Positions 17,652-27,312 of a stretch of DNA of 64,000 nucleotides are shown piece by piece. Origin of the DNA: Ostreococcus lucimarinus (Eukaryota); the NCBI GenBank assembly GCA_000092065.1, contig CP000596.1; one strand, written 5' to 3'. The first letter of the stretch is position 1. Every line of letters begins with the position of its first letter. Under the pieces are notes generated by a model. That model searched no databases and had not been told where the DNA came from. It saw only the letters and a program-made list of their open reading frames with translations. The position numbers were made by a program, and so were the translations under genes.

Positions 17652-18071
17652 ATGGGGTGCGCGTCGTCGAGCGCGCCGCGCGTCGACGCGCCGCGCGCCG
17701 CGGACGACGTCGAGACGGCCGACGCGACGCTCGGCGGCGCGAACGCCATCGATTCGTGGCGCCTGCCGACGACGCCGTACGCCGTGGGCGACGACGCCGA
17801 CGCGCTGTGCACGCGCGACGCGCTCGCGAGGCGACGGGATGAGTTTTGGGACACGGCGAGCGCGTACGGGGGGTCGAGCGAGGTGTGGGGGGCGCTGCGG
17901 GCGTGCTGCGAGGGGCGATTCGACGAGGAAACGTCGCGCGAGGTGCTGCGAGCGAGCGGCGCGGTGAGCTGCGACGCGCGATTGGCGGTGACGTTCGACG
18001 CGCTGGGACGGCGGTACGCGCTGCCGGCGTTCGTGCGAGGGACGCCGGATAGGTTCGAGGAGGATGGGTGA
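17652..18071 (+). CDS. UBTD (ubiquitin-domain-containing protein 1/2, DC-UbP) N-terminal-domain homolog, with a predicted N-myristoyl/palmitoyl MGC start.
   Basis: MGCASS... followed by [25 protein letters not shown]...[14 protein letters not shown] matches the UBTD1/2 N-domain ([27 protein letters not shown]...YDELGNRYQLPVYC). It stops before any ubiquitin-like domain. True ATG at 17652. Confidence 0.7.
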   Translation: [139 protein letters not shown]

Positions 18072-18191
18072 GCGAAGGGCTCGCGGGGCGGCGAGGGACG
18101 GAGCGGCGACGCGTTCGAAGTAAAACGCAGCCGCTTACGGTTTAATCTCGCCAGACATCGCCGGAAGGGGTTCGATAAAACGCGGGCTATC

Positions 18192-18222
18192 GCTACTGCT
18201 ACTGCTACTGCTAACGCTACTC
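18192..18222. repeat. (GCTACT)n microsatellite in the 3' region between convergent genes.
   Basis: gctactgctactgctactgctaacgctact. Confidence 0.6.
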
Positions 18223-19662
18223 CTCCACGAATAACTCGGGCTCGTGCACGCGGAGCCAGACGCACAGGCGATTGCACAGCGCCACCGCCGTCGTCGTCGT
18301 CGTCGACGGTTTGAGAGTTAAATAAATCTCAAAATCTCCGCCCACGCAGGCCAAAACGGAAAAGCGCGCGCGACGCTCGTATCGAACGCGCTGCGCGGCG
18401 CCGATGAATTTGGGTCCGGGTCCGCTCGCGTCGACGACGCCTTCGGTCTCTTTCATCGAAGTGTACGTCGACGCGTACGCTCGAGTAATCGCCTTGACGT
18501 CGGCGCCGTTCAACGACGGACTGAACGCGGAAGAAACGTGCTGATGACGCGCGGGGCGGTTGTACACGAAGTGCAAGAGCGGCTCACTCGCGTCCTGAAA
18601 CCCACCGAGGGCTTCGGATGGAAGTTTAGCGATGGACATCGATTCGCCGGCGGCGGCGACCATCTGCGCCAAAGCGCCGTCGTCGTTCAAGCGCTTTTCC
18701 AAGGCGTCTCTCGCCGCGCGACATTCCTCCATCGCGTCCGCGGATGCGGTTATGATACAAATCCCGATCGAACCCGACGACGCGCGCGTCGACTTCACCG
18801 GTTGTCCCTCATCGCCCGCCGCGTCGCCGTCGCGCGCCCGCAGCCTCGCCGTGTACGCGCGCATGAACCCGTCTGGATTAAATTCCGGCAAACACACGCG
18901 CGTGAACGAGTCTTCGTCGCCTTCGCAGCGCGAAACGACGCGCAGAAAATTCATCAACACGATCAAATCGCTCGCCGCGATCGTCGTCGGTCGATGTCCT
19001 CGCGGTTTCGCGTACGCCCCCACGCGACCGTCGTCTCCGAACGCCACGCACGCGAACGGTTTCGTCACCGTCTTCATCGCCTCCACCATCGCCCGCGCCA
19101 CCGTCTCCCGCACCTCCGCTCGCACGCGCACCGCCGTGTACGTATCGAACACGTAACACGTCTCCCAGCTCAAATTCCTCGCCAACTGCCCCAACACCTC
19201 GTCCGCCCGCGTCGCCGTCGCCAGCGCCCGCCCGACGTCAAATTTCGCATTCTTCGCCAGCGCCGTCTCCAATCCCGCGTTCGTCACCAGCATCTTCACC
19301 CCCCGCTCGACCCACTCCAGATGTTTCTCCAGCGTCGCCGCGCTCTCGCCTCGATCGCTCGACGTCGCGTACGTCATCGCGCCGCTCGCCCGTCTCGCCA
19401 ACCGCCTCCCCCCGACCTCCGCGCCCTCCAGCTCCCCCCCCATCGCGCTCGCGCTCACCGCGCCCAGCGCCTGCAGCGTCGCGCACAGCCCGCTCACGCC
19501 GTGCGTCGACCCGTACCGCGTCCACGCCGGCTTCCCGGCGCTCGTGAACGCGAGCACGTGTCGCCGTCGTCGTCGCCAGTCGTCGTGCTCGTCGTGCTCG
19601 CGCGCGCGCTTGTGCGCCGCCGTCCACGCCCGCGGCGCGCGCGCGTCGCGCGCGCGCGTCAT
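18217..19662 (-). CDS. MON1/SAND-family vacuolar fusion protein (Rab7 GEF subunit).
   Basis: HVLAFTSAGKPAWTRYGS is the Mon1 longin-domain signature (FFILS.AGKPIYSRYG). The first ATG is at 19662; the track start at 19746 is a TTG. Confidence 0.8.
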   Translation of the reverse strand: MTRARDARAPRAWTAAHKRAREHDEHDDWRRRRRHVLAFTSAGKPAWTRYGSTHGVSGLCATLQALGAVSASAMGGELEGAEVGGRRLARRASGAMTYATSSDRGESAATLEKHLEWVERGVKMLVTNAGLETALAKNAKFDVGRALATATRADEVLGQLARNLSWETCYVFDTYTAVRVRAEVRETVARAMVEAMKTVTKPFACVAFGDDGRVGAYAKPRGHRPTTIAASDLIVLMNFLRVVSRCEGDEDSFTRVCLPEFNPDGFMRAYTARLRARDGDAAGDEGQPVKSTRASSGSIGICIITASADAMEECRAARDALEKRLNDDGALAQMVAAAGESMSIAKLPSEALGGFQDASEPLLHFVYNRPARHQHVSSAFSPSLNGADVKAITRAYASTYTSMKETEGVVDASGPGPKFIGAAQRVRYERRARFSVLACVGGDFEIYLTLKPSTTTTTAVALCNRLCVWLRVHEPELFVEE

Positions 19663-19964
19663 CGAGCGCGCGCGCGTCGACGCTCGATCGCGCGTCGCGC
19701 GTCGCGGCGTCCGACGGCGTCGTCCGAAACGCCGCTCGATGCGCAAAAATCAAATCAAACGAAAGAATGTAATCTTCTTCGCGATCGATTCGATCGTTCG
19801 AGCGCTTTTCGATCCCTCGGCGCGTCCGTCGACGCGATGTGACGCTCGCGCGTCCGCGATTCGCGATCGCGCGACTCAACGCGTCGCGATCTGCGGCGAC
19901 GCTCGAACGAGTCAGAAATTAAAACGCCCGACGACGTCACAGACGACCGCCGACGCCTCGAGCG
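19663..19964. promoter_or_regulatory. Divergent promoter region between MON1 and USP14.
   Basis: It lies between the opposed start codons at 19662 (-) and 19965 (+). It contains gatcgattcgatcg. Confidence 0.3.
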
Positions 19965-21440
19965 ATGACGACGCGCGTCACGATCGGCGTCAAGCACGGC
20001 AAGGAGACGCACGACGTCGACGTCGACCTCGACGAGAGCGGCGCGACGTTCAAGGCGCGGCTGTGCTCGCTGACGAAGGTGCCGATCGAGCGCATCAAGG
20101 TGACGGGACTGAAAGGCGGACGACCGCTCGCGGACGACGCGGACATGCGAACGCAGGGCGTCGAGGCGCTGGCGCGACGAGGGAAGAAACTGCTGATGCT
20201 CGGGAGCGCGGCGACGCTGGCGAAGCCGGCGGAGGAGGTGGCGTTTTTGGAGGATTTGCCGGAGGGGGAGCGGGACGCGGCGAACGCGGGGGAAGGATAT
20301 CGACCGGGGCTGACGAATTTGGGGAACACGTGCTACGCGAACAGCGTGGTGCAGTGCCTGTACGCGGTGGAGGGGCTGAGGGACAGCCTGGGGGGGTACG
20401 CGGGAGGGAGGGACGCGCGCGGCGGGACGGCGGCGCTGACCACGGCGCTGAGAGATTTGTTCGGCGACGTGAAGACGGCCAAGGATACGGTGATGCCGGT
20501 GCGGTTTTTGAACGTGCTGAGGCAGTTGTATCCGCAGTTTGCGCAGCACGGACCGCAGGGGGTGCCGATGCAGCAGGACGCGGAGGAGTGCTGGTCGGCG
20601 GTGATGCACACGCTGGCGACGGAGCAGCCGGAGGAGACGCGACGGTTGTTCGGAATCGGGATGCGGCGCGAGTTGAGGTGCGCGGCGACGAACGAGACGC
20701 GCGTGGAGGATTCGGTGGAGTACACGTTCAAGTGTAACATCACGATCGAGGTGAACCACGTGACGGAAGGGTTTAAGATTGCGCTGAACGACACGCGCGA
20801 GCTGCGCTCCGAAGTCCTCGGCGCCGACGCCGTGTTCGAAGGGCAGTCGAAGATATCCAAGCTCCCGGATTACCTCACGACGCAGCTCGTGCGGTTTTAT
20901 TACAAGGCGGACATTCGCGCCAAGGCGAAAATTTTGCGCGCGGTGACGTTCCCGATCACCTTGGACGTGTACGAATTTTGCACCGACGAGCTCAAGGCGG
21001 AGCTCGAGCCGGCGAGAAAATTAAAATTGAAGCGCGAGGACGACGAAGCTCTGAAGCGCGTGAACGAAAAGAAGGCTGCTTTAGAAGACGTCGGCGCTAC
21101 CGCGAGCGGCGAGGGCGACGCATCGACGGACGGCGCCGCGACGGCGGCGGCGGCGAGCGAACCGGCGACGACGAGCGAGCCGGCGTCGATGGAAGTCGTC
21201 GACCCTCTCGAGGGCACTCGATTCACCGGCTTCTTCGACCTCGTCTCGGTGTTGACGCACAAAGGTCGCAGCGCTGACAGCGGTCACTACGTGTCGTGGG
21301 TGAAGAAGGACGACGGCTCGTGGACGGAATTCGACGACGAAACGCCCATTCCGAGAACAGAGGAAGACGTGTTGGCGCTCAAGGGCGGAGGCGATCACCA
21401 CATGTCCTACATCTTGTGTTACAAGGCTCGCAAGATTTAA
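19965..21440 (+). CDS. Ubiquitin carboxyl-terminal hydrolase of the USP14/Ubp6 type (N-terminal ubiquitin-like domain plus a USP domain).
   Basis: MTTRVTIGVKHGKETHDVDVD...IKVTGLKGG is a UBL domain. GLTNLGNTCYANSVVQCL is the Cys box. ...HYVSWVKKDDGSWTEFDDE is the His box. Confidence 0.9.
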   Translation: MTTRVTIGVKHGKETHDVDVDLDESGATFKARLCSLTKVPIERIKVTGLKGGRPLADDADMRTQGVEALARRGKKLLMLGSAATLAKPAEEVAFLEDLPEGERDAANAGEGYRPGLTNLGNTCYANSVVQCLYAVEGLRDSLGGYAGGRDARGGTAALTTALRDLFGDVKTAKDTVMPVRFLNVLRQLYPQFAQHGPQGVPMQQDAEECWSAVMHTLATEQPEETRRLFGIGMRRELRCAATNETRVEDSVEYTFKCNITIEVNHVTEGFKIALNDTRELRSEVLGADAVFEGQSKISKLPDYLTTQLVRFYYKADIRAKAKILRAVTFPITLDVYEFCTDELKAELEPARKLKLKREDDEALKRVNEKKAALEDVGATASGEGDASTDGAATAAAASEPATTSEPASMEVVDPLEGTRFTGFFDLVSVLTHKGRSADSGHYVSWVKKDDGSWTEFDDETPIPRTEEDVLALKGGGDHHMSYILCYKARKI

Positions 21441-21507
21441 AGAATTTGAACTAACTACTGTACGTTGTGGAAATTTGAAACATCCATCATTCTTTCTGAC
21501 GGTCGCG

Positions 21508-24236
21508 TCACGACTTCCAAACCTTTCTCCCGCGTTGTTGCTTCCCGCGTTGCACGGGTGCGTTTCGTCTGCGCGTGGCGGCGAACACGCGCGCCGCCAG
21601 CGGTAAGGCTTTCTTCTTGTCCTTCTCCTTGTTGCTCGAACCGCCAGTCTTCTTTTGTTTGCGCGCGCTCGACGCGCCGTACTCGTTGTCCTCGCGACCG
21701 GCGAGGACGGTGGCGAGACGCGACGCCTTGTCGTGCGCCTTCTTCAAGCCCGTCGCGGCGAGCGAATCAGGGTTCACCCGACGATCACTCGCGCGATCCG
21801 CCTTGCGAAGCATTAATCGAATGTGATCGGTCGCGACGTTCGAAGCCTTCATCGCGCCCGCCTTGGAGAGCGCGGCGTTGAGTTGCCGCTCCGTTTTGAG
21901 CGCCTTGATGCGCTTGAAATCCTCGTCGGTGAGAATGCGCTCTTGCTCCACCGGTCCACCCAGTTCGGCTTCCTCGGCCTCTTGCTCGGCGCGCACCTCG
22001 GCTTCTTCCTCTTCTTTACGCCTCTGCATCATTGCCTTGTGGCGACGCTTGAGTTCGGCGAGCGACAACTTGCCATTCTTACGAATCTTTGGCGGCGGCG
22101 CGTCGGGATCGATGGACGCTTCTTCGTCACTCTCGCGTCCGCGTTTGCCAATCGCTGGCGGCTCTACCTCGTCTTCTTCTTCTTCGTCCGCGTCTTCTTC
22201 TTCTTCTTCGTCCTCTTCCTCTTCTTCTTCGTTGTCTTCGTCTTCGTCTTCGTCTTCGTCGGAATACTCTTCCTCTGAAGACATTTCGACGGCTTCCTCT
22301 TCGCGTTTACGTTTCAAAATGTCGCGTTGAAGCAAGTCGACGCCGTCGATGCGACCCACCACTTCAGCTTCACCGAAACCCTTGAGCGTTCTTGACATAT
22401 CCGCCGCTTTCCCACGATCCTTCTTGTCGAGGAGGCCGGGCGCAATTTCTCGGAATAAAGCGATGAGTCCTCGCGCTGCGTTTGACACCGGCTTGTCGCG
22501 CGATTTTTTGTATTGCGTCAAATCTTGAAGTAAATCTTCATCCATCACCAAAGGACAGCGCGCACAAATTTCACGCACCGCGTTCAAACCAACCGCGGCA
22601 ATTTCAGGGCGCGCGCGATCGTGAATGAACTGGTTGACGAGCTGACGCAACATCGGCGCGAGCGCGTCCGGCGGCACGAGTTCGTGGCACGCCGTCGCGG
22701 CGGCGGCGAGAAGTCTCGTCACCTGCGTAAATGATGGAAATCAAACGTCAGTCGCGCATTCGATTATGCGTAAACGTAACCGCTCGATGCGTTCGCGTCA
22801 GGTACTAAGCGGAGGCGTTGGTATGGGTCATATTTGGAATGCCCTTGGCCTTGAGTTGTGTCGTCATTCGCGAGCGGGCGGCGCGTCGTCGAGCGCTCGA
22901 TGAATCAATGCGTACCTCCAGCTGACTCGGTTGAATATAGCGCTGCAAAAATGGATACACATTGAGCATGATGAGTTGATGCATGCCGATGATGCGACAC
23001 ATCATGAGGATGCACAGCATCTTCGTGTCGTACGACATGTGCCCGACTTGAAGCTTTCCGAACAGCAACTCAGCAAACGCTTGCGGATCGTTGATGAGCT
23101 GCATCGCGGCGAACCGAGAATCAATCGCTTTGTCCGCGTTGCGTTCTTTGCGCTGCATAGTCTTAATCGTCCGCTTTAGCTTCTTCTGCTTCTTCTTCTT
23201 AGACGAGGCGACGCCCTGCGCGATCGGAAGAAACGAGCGAGACAATTTTCGTCAGTATTTCGAACACTCGCTCGCGGCGCAAAGAAAAGAGCAAACGAAC
23301 GTCGCGAGAAAAGCCTCAGAGATCTTGGTGATTGATTGTCGTCACTGTCGAGCCTCGAGAGTAGCAAATATATTTGAACATCATCGGCTTGCACGTCGTC
23401 GTGTTTGAAAAAAAAGAGCGTTGAAAATGTGAGGCACCACGCACCGTCTTGTACGCCTTGAAAACGTCTTCCTTGGAAACCTGCGTGCGCGATTTAATCT
23501 CCGATTCGCGAGTCGACGGATCGTCGTCGGAATCGCTCCCATCCCCAGCTTCGGCTGCCGCCTCGGCGGCTTCGTCTTGACCTTCAAAAAACTTCAACGC
23601 GGCGATTAAGATCTTTTGCGATGGATGCTTGCACGCCTCCACCACCAAGTTGACCGTTTTCGCGTCGGTCCATATATTTCTCCGGTACATCTCCGTCAGC
23701 ACCGCGAGCGCCTTCTTCGCCGTGGCTTCGTTCTCATCCTTTATCGCCGTGTGCAAAAACGACTGCACCGTGCGATTATACTTGTCATCCGTCCTCTTCT
23801 TATTCGCCGCCTTCGCGTCGCTCACGATGTGTCTGAACATCAGCACCCGCAGATTTTTGTCCTTCACCCGGAACAGTTTAAAAAACAACGGCAGCGTCAC
23901 CTCCACACCGATCACGCCCTTGTTCCTCAATAAAATCAACGCGCTCGTCAAATTCTTCCTCAAGTGCGGGTCCAGTATCGCGTAATGTCGCTCCAGCACC
24001 TCCACCACCCCTTTCGAGAACCCTTTCGTCTGTTCCTTATACACCACGCTCACGTGCGCGATGAACGACACCAACTCACTGAATTCCTTATGATCCCGCG
24101 ACGGTTTCATCGCGAAGAGCGCGCGCAGCGCCTCGTAGTGTCGCAGCTGCAGCGCGAAATCCTCCTCGTATCCCTCCGGGTCGCGCTTACACGCGCTCTG
24201 CAGCGTCAGCAGGTCCATCGGTTTACGCGTCGACAT
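21508..24236 (-). CDS. SDA1: SDA1 (ribosome export/biogenesis protein), three exons: 23445-24236, 22916-23215 and 21508-22722.
   Basis: Exon 1 is the NUC130/3NT-like N-terminus (MSTRKPMDLLTLQSACKRDPEGYEEDF...). Exon 2 carries ...NDPQAFAELLF...YPFLQRYIQPSQLE. Exon 3 carries VTRLLAAAATACHELVPP...AAVGLNAVREICARCPL...LLQDLTQYKKSRDK plus an acidic E/D tract and a Lys-rich tail. The exon joins were chosen so that ...QPSQLE|VTRLL... matches human ...QPHQREVTKILL.... Confidence 0.85.
22723..22915 (-). other. SDA1 intron 2 (193 nt).
   Basis: Read on the - strand it begins GAG|GTACGC and ends ...catttaCGCAG|GTG. CTGAC lies about 30 nt before the acceptor. The read-through frame hits TAG, so splicing is required. 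Confidence 0.75.
23216..23444 (-). other. SDA1 intron 1 (229 nt).
   Basis: Read on the - strand it begins ACG|GTGCGT and ends ...tttcttccgatCGCAG|GGC. A CTGAC branch point sits about 38 nt before the acceptor. Both flanking exons are in phase 0. Confidence 0.7.
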
Positions 24237-24473
24237 CGTTCGTCGCCGTCGCTCGTCTCCGGCGCGTTCGTCGCCGTCGCGCGTCTCACCGCGTCGATTC
24301 GCGCCGCGCGTCGAAAAGCGTCCCGGCGGCGGCGGCGCGTCGCGCTCGTCTCCCTCGCGCGCGCCCTCGCGTCGCTCGGCGCGGCGTCGGGACGCTGCGG
24401 TTCAAACGAACGATCGCCGCGGGTCCTCTCGCGCGCGCGTCGACGCGCGAGCGCGAGCGCGCGTCGAAAAGTG
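24237..24473. promoter_or_regulatory. Divergent promoter between SDA1 and the KH/DnaJ gene.
   Basis: It lies between the opposed ATGs at 24236 (-) and 24474 (+). Confidence 0.3.
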
Positions 24474-25991
24474 ATGCCGCGCGCGGCATCACTTCGCCGC
24501 GCGATGTCCCGACGCTCGCGCTCGCGCTCGCGCTCGCCGCGTCGCGCGCGCCGCGCGCGCTCGCGCTCGCGGTCGTCGAGCGCGTCCGCGCGCGCGCGTC
24601 GCCGCTCGCGGCGGTCTCGCGACGCGTCGTCGTCGACGTCGGACGCATCGCGGTCGCGCGCGCGAAATCGCTCGCGACGGCGCGACGCGTCGCGCGATCG
24701 CGACGCCGCGCGGCGACGACGGTCGTCGCGGTCGCGATCGACGTCGCGCGAGCGCGCGAGCGGCGCGGCGGTCCCGAACGCGATGGAGGAGGCGTTGCGA
24801 AAGCGGCGGCGACTCGAGGCGGCGCGGCGACTGTTGGGCGTCAAGCGCGGAAATCGCGACGAGGACGCGAACGAGGGAAGAGACGCGGGAGATGAGGGTT
24901 TGGATGGCGTGGACTCGTTGGACGCGTACATGGCGCGCGAGGTGGATCCGGAGGTGGAGAGGCGACGTCGCGCGGAGGCGACGGCGGCGGCGGAGGCGAA
25001 GCGACGACGCGCGATGGAGATCGCCGAGGCGAAGGCGCGAGGCGAACGCGTGCGCGCGCGAGAGGACGTGGTGATGTTAGAGCGCGCGGAGGCGGAGGCG
25101 GAGGCGACGGTGACGCCGGACGAGGTGATTGAGATTCCGAGCGGTAAGGTGAAGTTGCTGATAGGCGCCGGCGGGTGCAACGTGAAGGAGGTGATGCGTA
25201 AGAGTAAGGCGATGGTGCAGGTGCTGAAGAGCGAGGGGGCGATGAATGAAGGGTTTTCGGGGATGGACATACACGCCGCGAACGCGGCGGCGCGCGTCGC
25301 GACGCAGAGAATGTTGGACGCGATTACGGCGAGCGTCGCCGTCGGCGAGGACGTCGGCGAGGAAGACGCCGGCGAAGGCGACGACGTTTTAGCGCCGAAA
25401 GATAAAGCATCGAACGCGACGAAAACAAAAACCACGACGGATGCACCAGCCATGACAAAAATCATGATCAACGGTAGTGAAGAGGCGCGAACGATGGCGA
25501 AGCGGTTGATCGAGGAATTGTTCCAACGCGCCGTCGAGGAAAAGCGTGAACGCCGCGGCGAGGATCGCGAGCGTAAAAAAGAACAGCGCGCGCGGGAGCG
25601 GCGAATGTACCACTTGCGACACGTCGCTGATTACGAGCGTTTAGAAGTTCCGCTCGGGGCACCGAAGGACGACGTGAAGTCGGCGTATAGAAAGCTCGCC
25701 GTGCGCTGGCACCCCGACAAACATCCCGAGGGTCCGGCGCGCGTCGCCGCGGCGGAGCGCTTCGCCGTCATCCAAGCCTCGTACAATAACCTCATGACCA
25801 CGGACGAGGAGCAAGGAATGATGGGTTCGATCGCACACACGTCGACGCAATCGAAATCGGCGAAGCCGCCACCGAACGTCGTCGAAGCGCGCAAGGCGCT
25901 CGAGACGCGCGCCGAATTCGAGCGCGCGCTCAAGGCACAAATGGCCGCCACCGAAGCCGCCGCCGCGCGCCGCGCGTATAAAACTTTGTAA
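24474..25991 (+). CDS. Protein combining an RS (Arg/Ser) domain, a KH domain and a C-terminal DnaJ (J) domain.
   Basis: [21 protein letters not shown] is RS-like. IEIPSGKVKLLIGAGGCNVKEVMRKS is KH-like (GxxG). DYERLEVPLGAPKDDVKSAYRKLAVRWHPDKHP is a J domain with HPD. The first ATG after the antisense-to-SDA1 stretch is at 24474. Confidence 0.75.
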   Translation: MPRAASLRRAMSRRSRSRSRSPRRARRARSRSRSSSASARARRRSRRSRDASSSTSDASRSRARNRSRRRDASRDRDAARRRRSSRSRSTSRERASGAAVPNAMEEALRKRRRLEAARRLLGVKRGNRDEDANEGRDAGDEGLDGVDSLDAYMAREVDPEVERRRRAEATAAAEAKRRRAMEIAEAKARGERVRAREDVVMLERAEAEAEATVTPDEVIEIPSGKVKLLIGAGGCNVKEVMRKSKAMVQVLKSEGAMNEGFSGMDIHAANAAARVATQRMLDAITASVAVGEDVGEEDAGEGDDVLAPKDKASNATKTKTTTDAPAMTKIMINGSEEARTMAKRLIEELFQRAVEEKRERRGEDRERKKEQRARERRMYHLRHVADYERLEVPLGAPKDDVKSAYRKLAVRWHPDKHPEGPARVAAAERFAVIQASYNNLMTTDEEQGMMGSIAHTSTQSKSAKPPPNVVEARKALETRAEFERALKAQMAATEAAAARRAYKTL

Positions 25992-26317
25992 TCTTTATAG
26001 AATCGTAGCCCTCATCGAGCGTCAGTCGCACGCGCGCGCGTTGAGGACGCCATCGAAAACGCCGTCTCGCGCGCGCCGAATCTGGATCCTCACACCGCGT
26101 CCAACCTTTCATCCCACGATGCCCAGCTGCCCGCGGTTGCCCTCCTGCACGGGTCGCTCTCCGGTACGCGCGCGATCTCGCGCGCGCGCCTTCGCGCCGT
26201 CGTCGCGCGCGCTCGAAAGACTGAAGAAGCGTAACGACGTCCACTTTGAAACACTTTGACGACAAAGACTGACGACGACGACCGCACGCGCCCGATGACG
26301 CGCAGTTACCGTGGACG

Positions 26318-26503
26318 ATGATCACCTGGGGCTTGTGGATCATCCTATCGAGCATCAACATCGCGAGTGTGTGTTTGGTGGCGCTCACGGCGAAGGTACG
26401 CTCGGCGCTCGGCGCGCGCTCGGCGCGCGCTCGGCGAAGCGAATTTCATTCGGGCGCTCAAAACGACAAAGACTGACTGAATGCGTTCAATTCGCGCGCG
26501 CAG
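26318..26503 (+). other. Candidate 5' exon (26318-26395, 26 codons encoding a hydrophobic helix) plus a 108-nt intron (26396-26503) for the downstream membrane-protein gene.
   Basis: ATG at 26318 opens MITWGLWIILSSINIASVCLVALTAK. This is followed by AAG|GTACGC, a CTGACTGA about 28 nt before gcgcgCAG|, and an in-frame continuation YIKNVVDPVTAKDLLEPIHAMRSY.... The alternative reading is a TATA box (tatataaaaa, 26504-26513) with the start at ATG 26564. Confidence 0.45.
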
Positions 26504-26563
26504 TATATAAAAAATGTCGTGGACCCGGTCACGGCGAAAGATTTGTTGGAACCAATTCATGCG

Positions 26564-27121
26564 ATGAGGTCTTACATGGCGGGCGTGTGCGTGGCCGTGG
26601 TGGCGTTTCACGTGATTTCGTTGTTCACACTCTTGTACAAGACGACGAAAAAGGGTGGCGTGACGCCGTGGTACGGTTTCGTTCTCGGCGGAACGTTTTA
26701 CATGATATTCATCATGATAGGTCAAGGACTCTTTGCGGGCGCGTTTCATCCGAATTTCGCGGCGATTCACGACTACCAAGTGTCGCAAAACAATCCGGGA
26801 ATTTATGGAAAGACGGAGTCGGATCGAAGCAAGGCGTTGGAGGGGCTGTCGTACACGAGCGCGGCTTTGTTCAGCGTTTCGTTTCTGATTTTGTTGTTCT
26901 ACCGGGACACGATTTGCGGTGCGACAGTACCACGAGAAGTGGCATCGGCGCCGCCGCCGGTTGCGTCGTCGACGCGGTCAAAGTCAAAGAAGGGTGCGTT
27001 TCGCGCCACGCAGCTGAGCGACAACGCGGCGTCTCCGAGCCATTCGGTTGTGGAAATGGGCGAGAGAAGCGATGGAGGATCGTCGCTTAGATTCGGCGCC
27101 GATAGATTTGCCGCGTCTTAG
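26564..27121 (+). CDS. Small multi-pass membrane protein (3 predicted TM helices, 4 if the upstream exon is real). Function unknown.
   Basis: MRSYMAGVCVAVVAFHVISLFTLLYK...WYGFVLGGTFYMIFIMIGQGLFAGAF...AALFSVSFLILLFY. The first ATG in the frame is at 26564; the track start at 26519 is a GTG. Confidence 0.6.
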   Translation: MRSYMAGVCVAVVAFHVISLFTLLYKTTKKGGVTPWYGFVLGGTFYMIFIMIGQGLFAGAFHPNFAAIHDYQVSQNNPGIYGKTESDRSKALEGLSYTSAALFSVSFLILLFYRDTICGATVPREVASAPPPVASSTRSKSKKGAFRATQLSDNAASPSHSVVEMGERSDGGSSLRFGADRFAAS

Positions 27122-27312
27122 CCGCCGGCGTTCTCTTTGAAATGCAAGATATGTCTAAGAGTACGACGTCATTTGTGCTACTTAAACGCACGACACCGTC
27201 GACACCATCGATGGTGATGAGCTCGCCGGTGTCGCCGCGGGACGCGTCTCCAGAATCGGTGACGATGATGACTGACGTCTTCTTTTCCCGGTCGCACGAT
27301 CTCGAGCTCTTG

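Noticed and set aside
22130-22290. The long (GAA/GAC/GAG)n tract on the - strand as a microsatellite or mobile element.
   Set aside because: It lies in frame within SDA1 exon 3 and encodes the poly-Glu/Asp acidic stretch typical of SDA1 proteins. It is coding low complexity, not a separate element.
24206-25471. A 421-aa - strand ORF antisense to the KH/DnaJ gene. Similar long antisense or alternative-frame ORFs occur at 4064-4876(-), 2817-3572(+), 19755-20759(-), 28445-29509(-), 60268-61344(-), 10600-11487(+) and 10784-11695(-).
   Set aside because: The products are Arg/Ala/Ser/Pro low complexity with no domain. They lie opposite genes with clear homology. High GC with a GC3-biased sense strand depletes stop codons in the other frames. 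These are artefacts, not genes.
26504-26513. tatataaaaa as a definitive TATA box.
   Set aside because: It coincides exactly with a consensus-like splice acceptor plus an in-frame exon continuation. I kept both readings open rather than calling a promoter.
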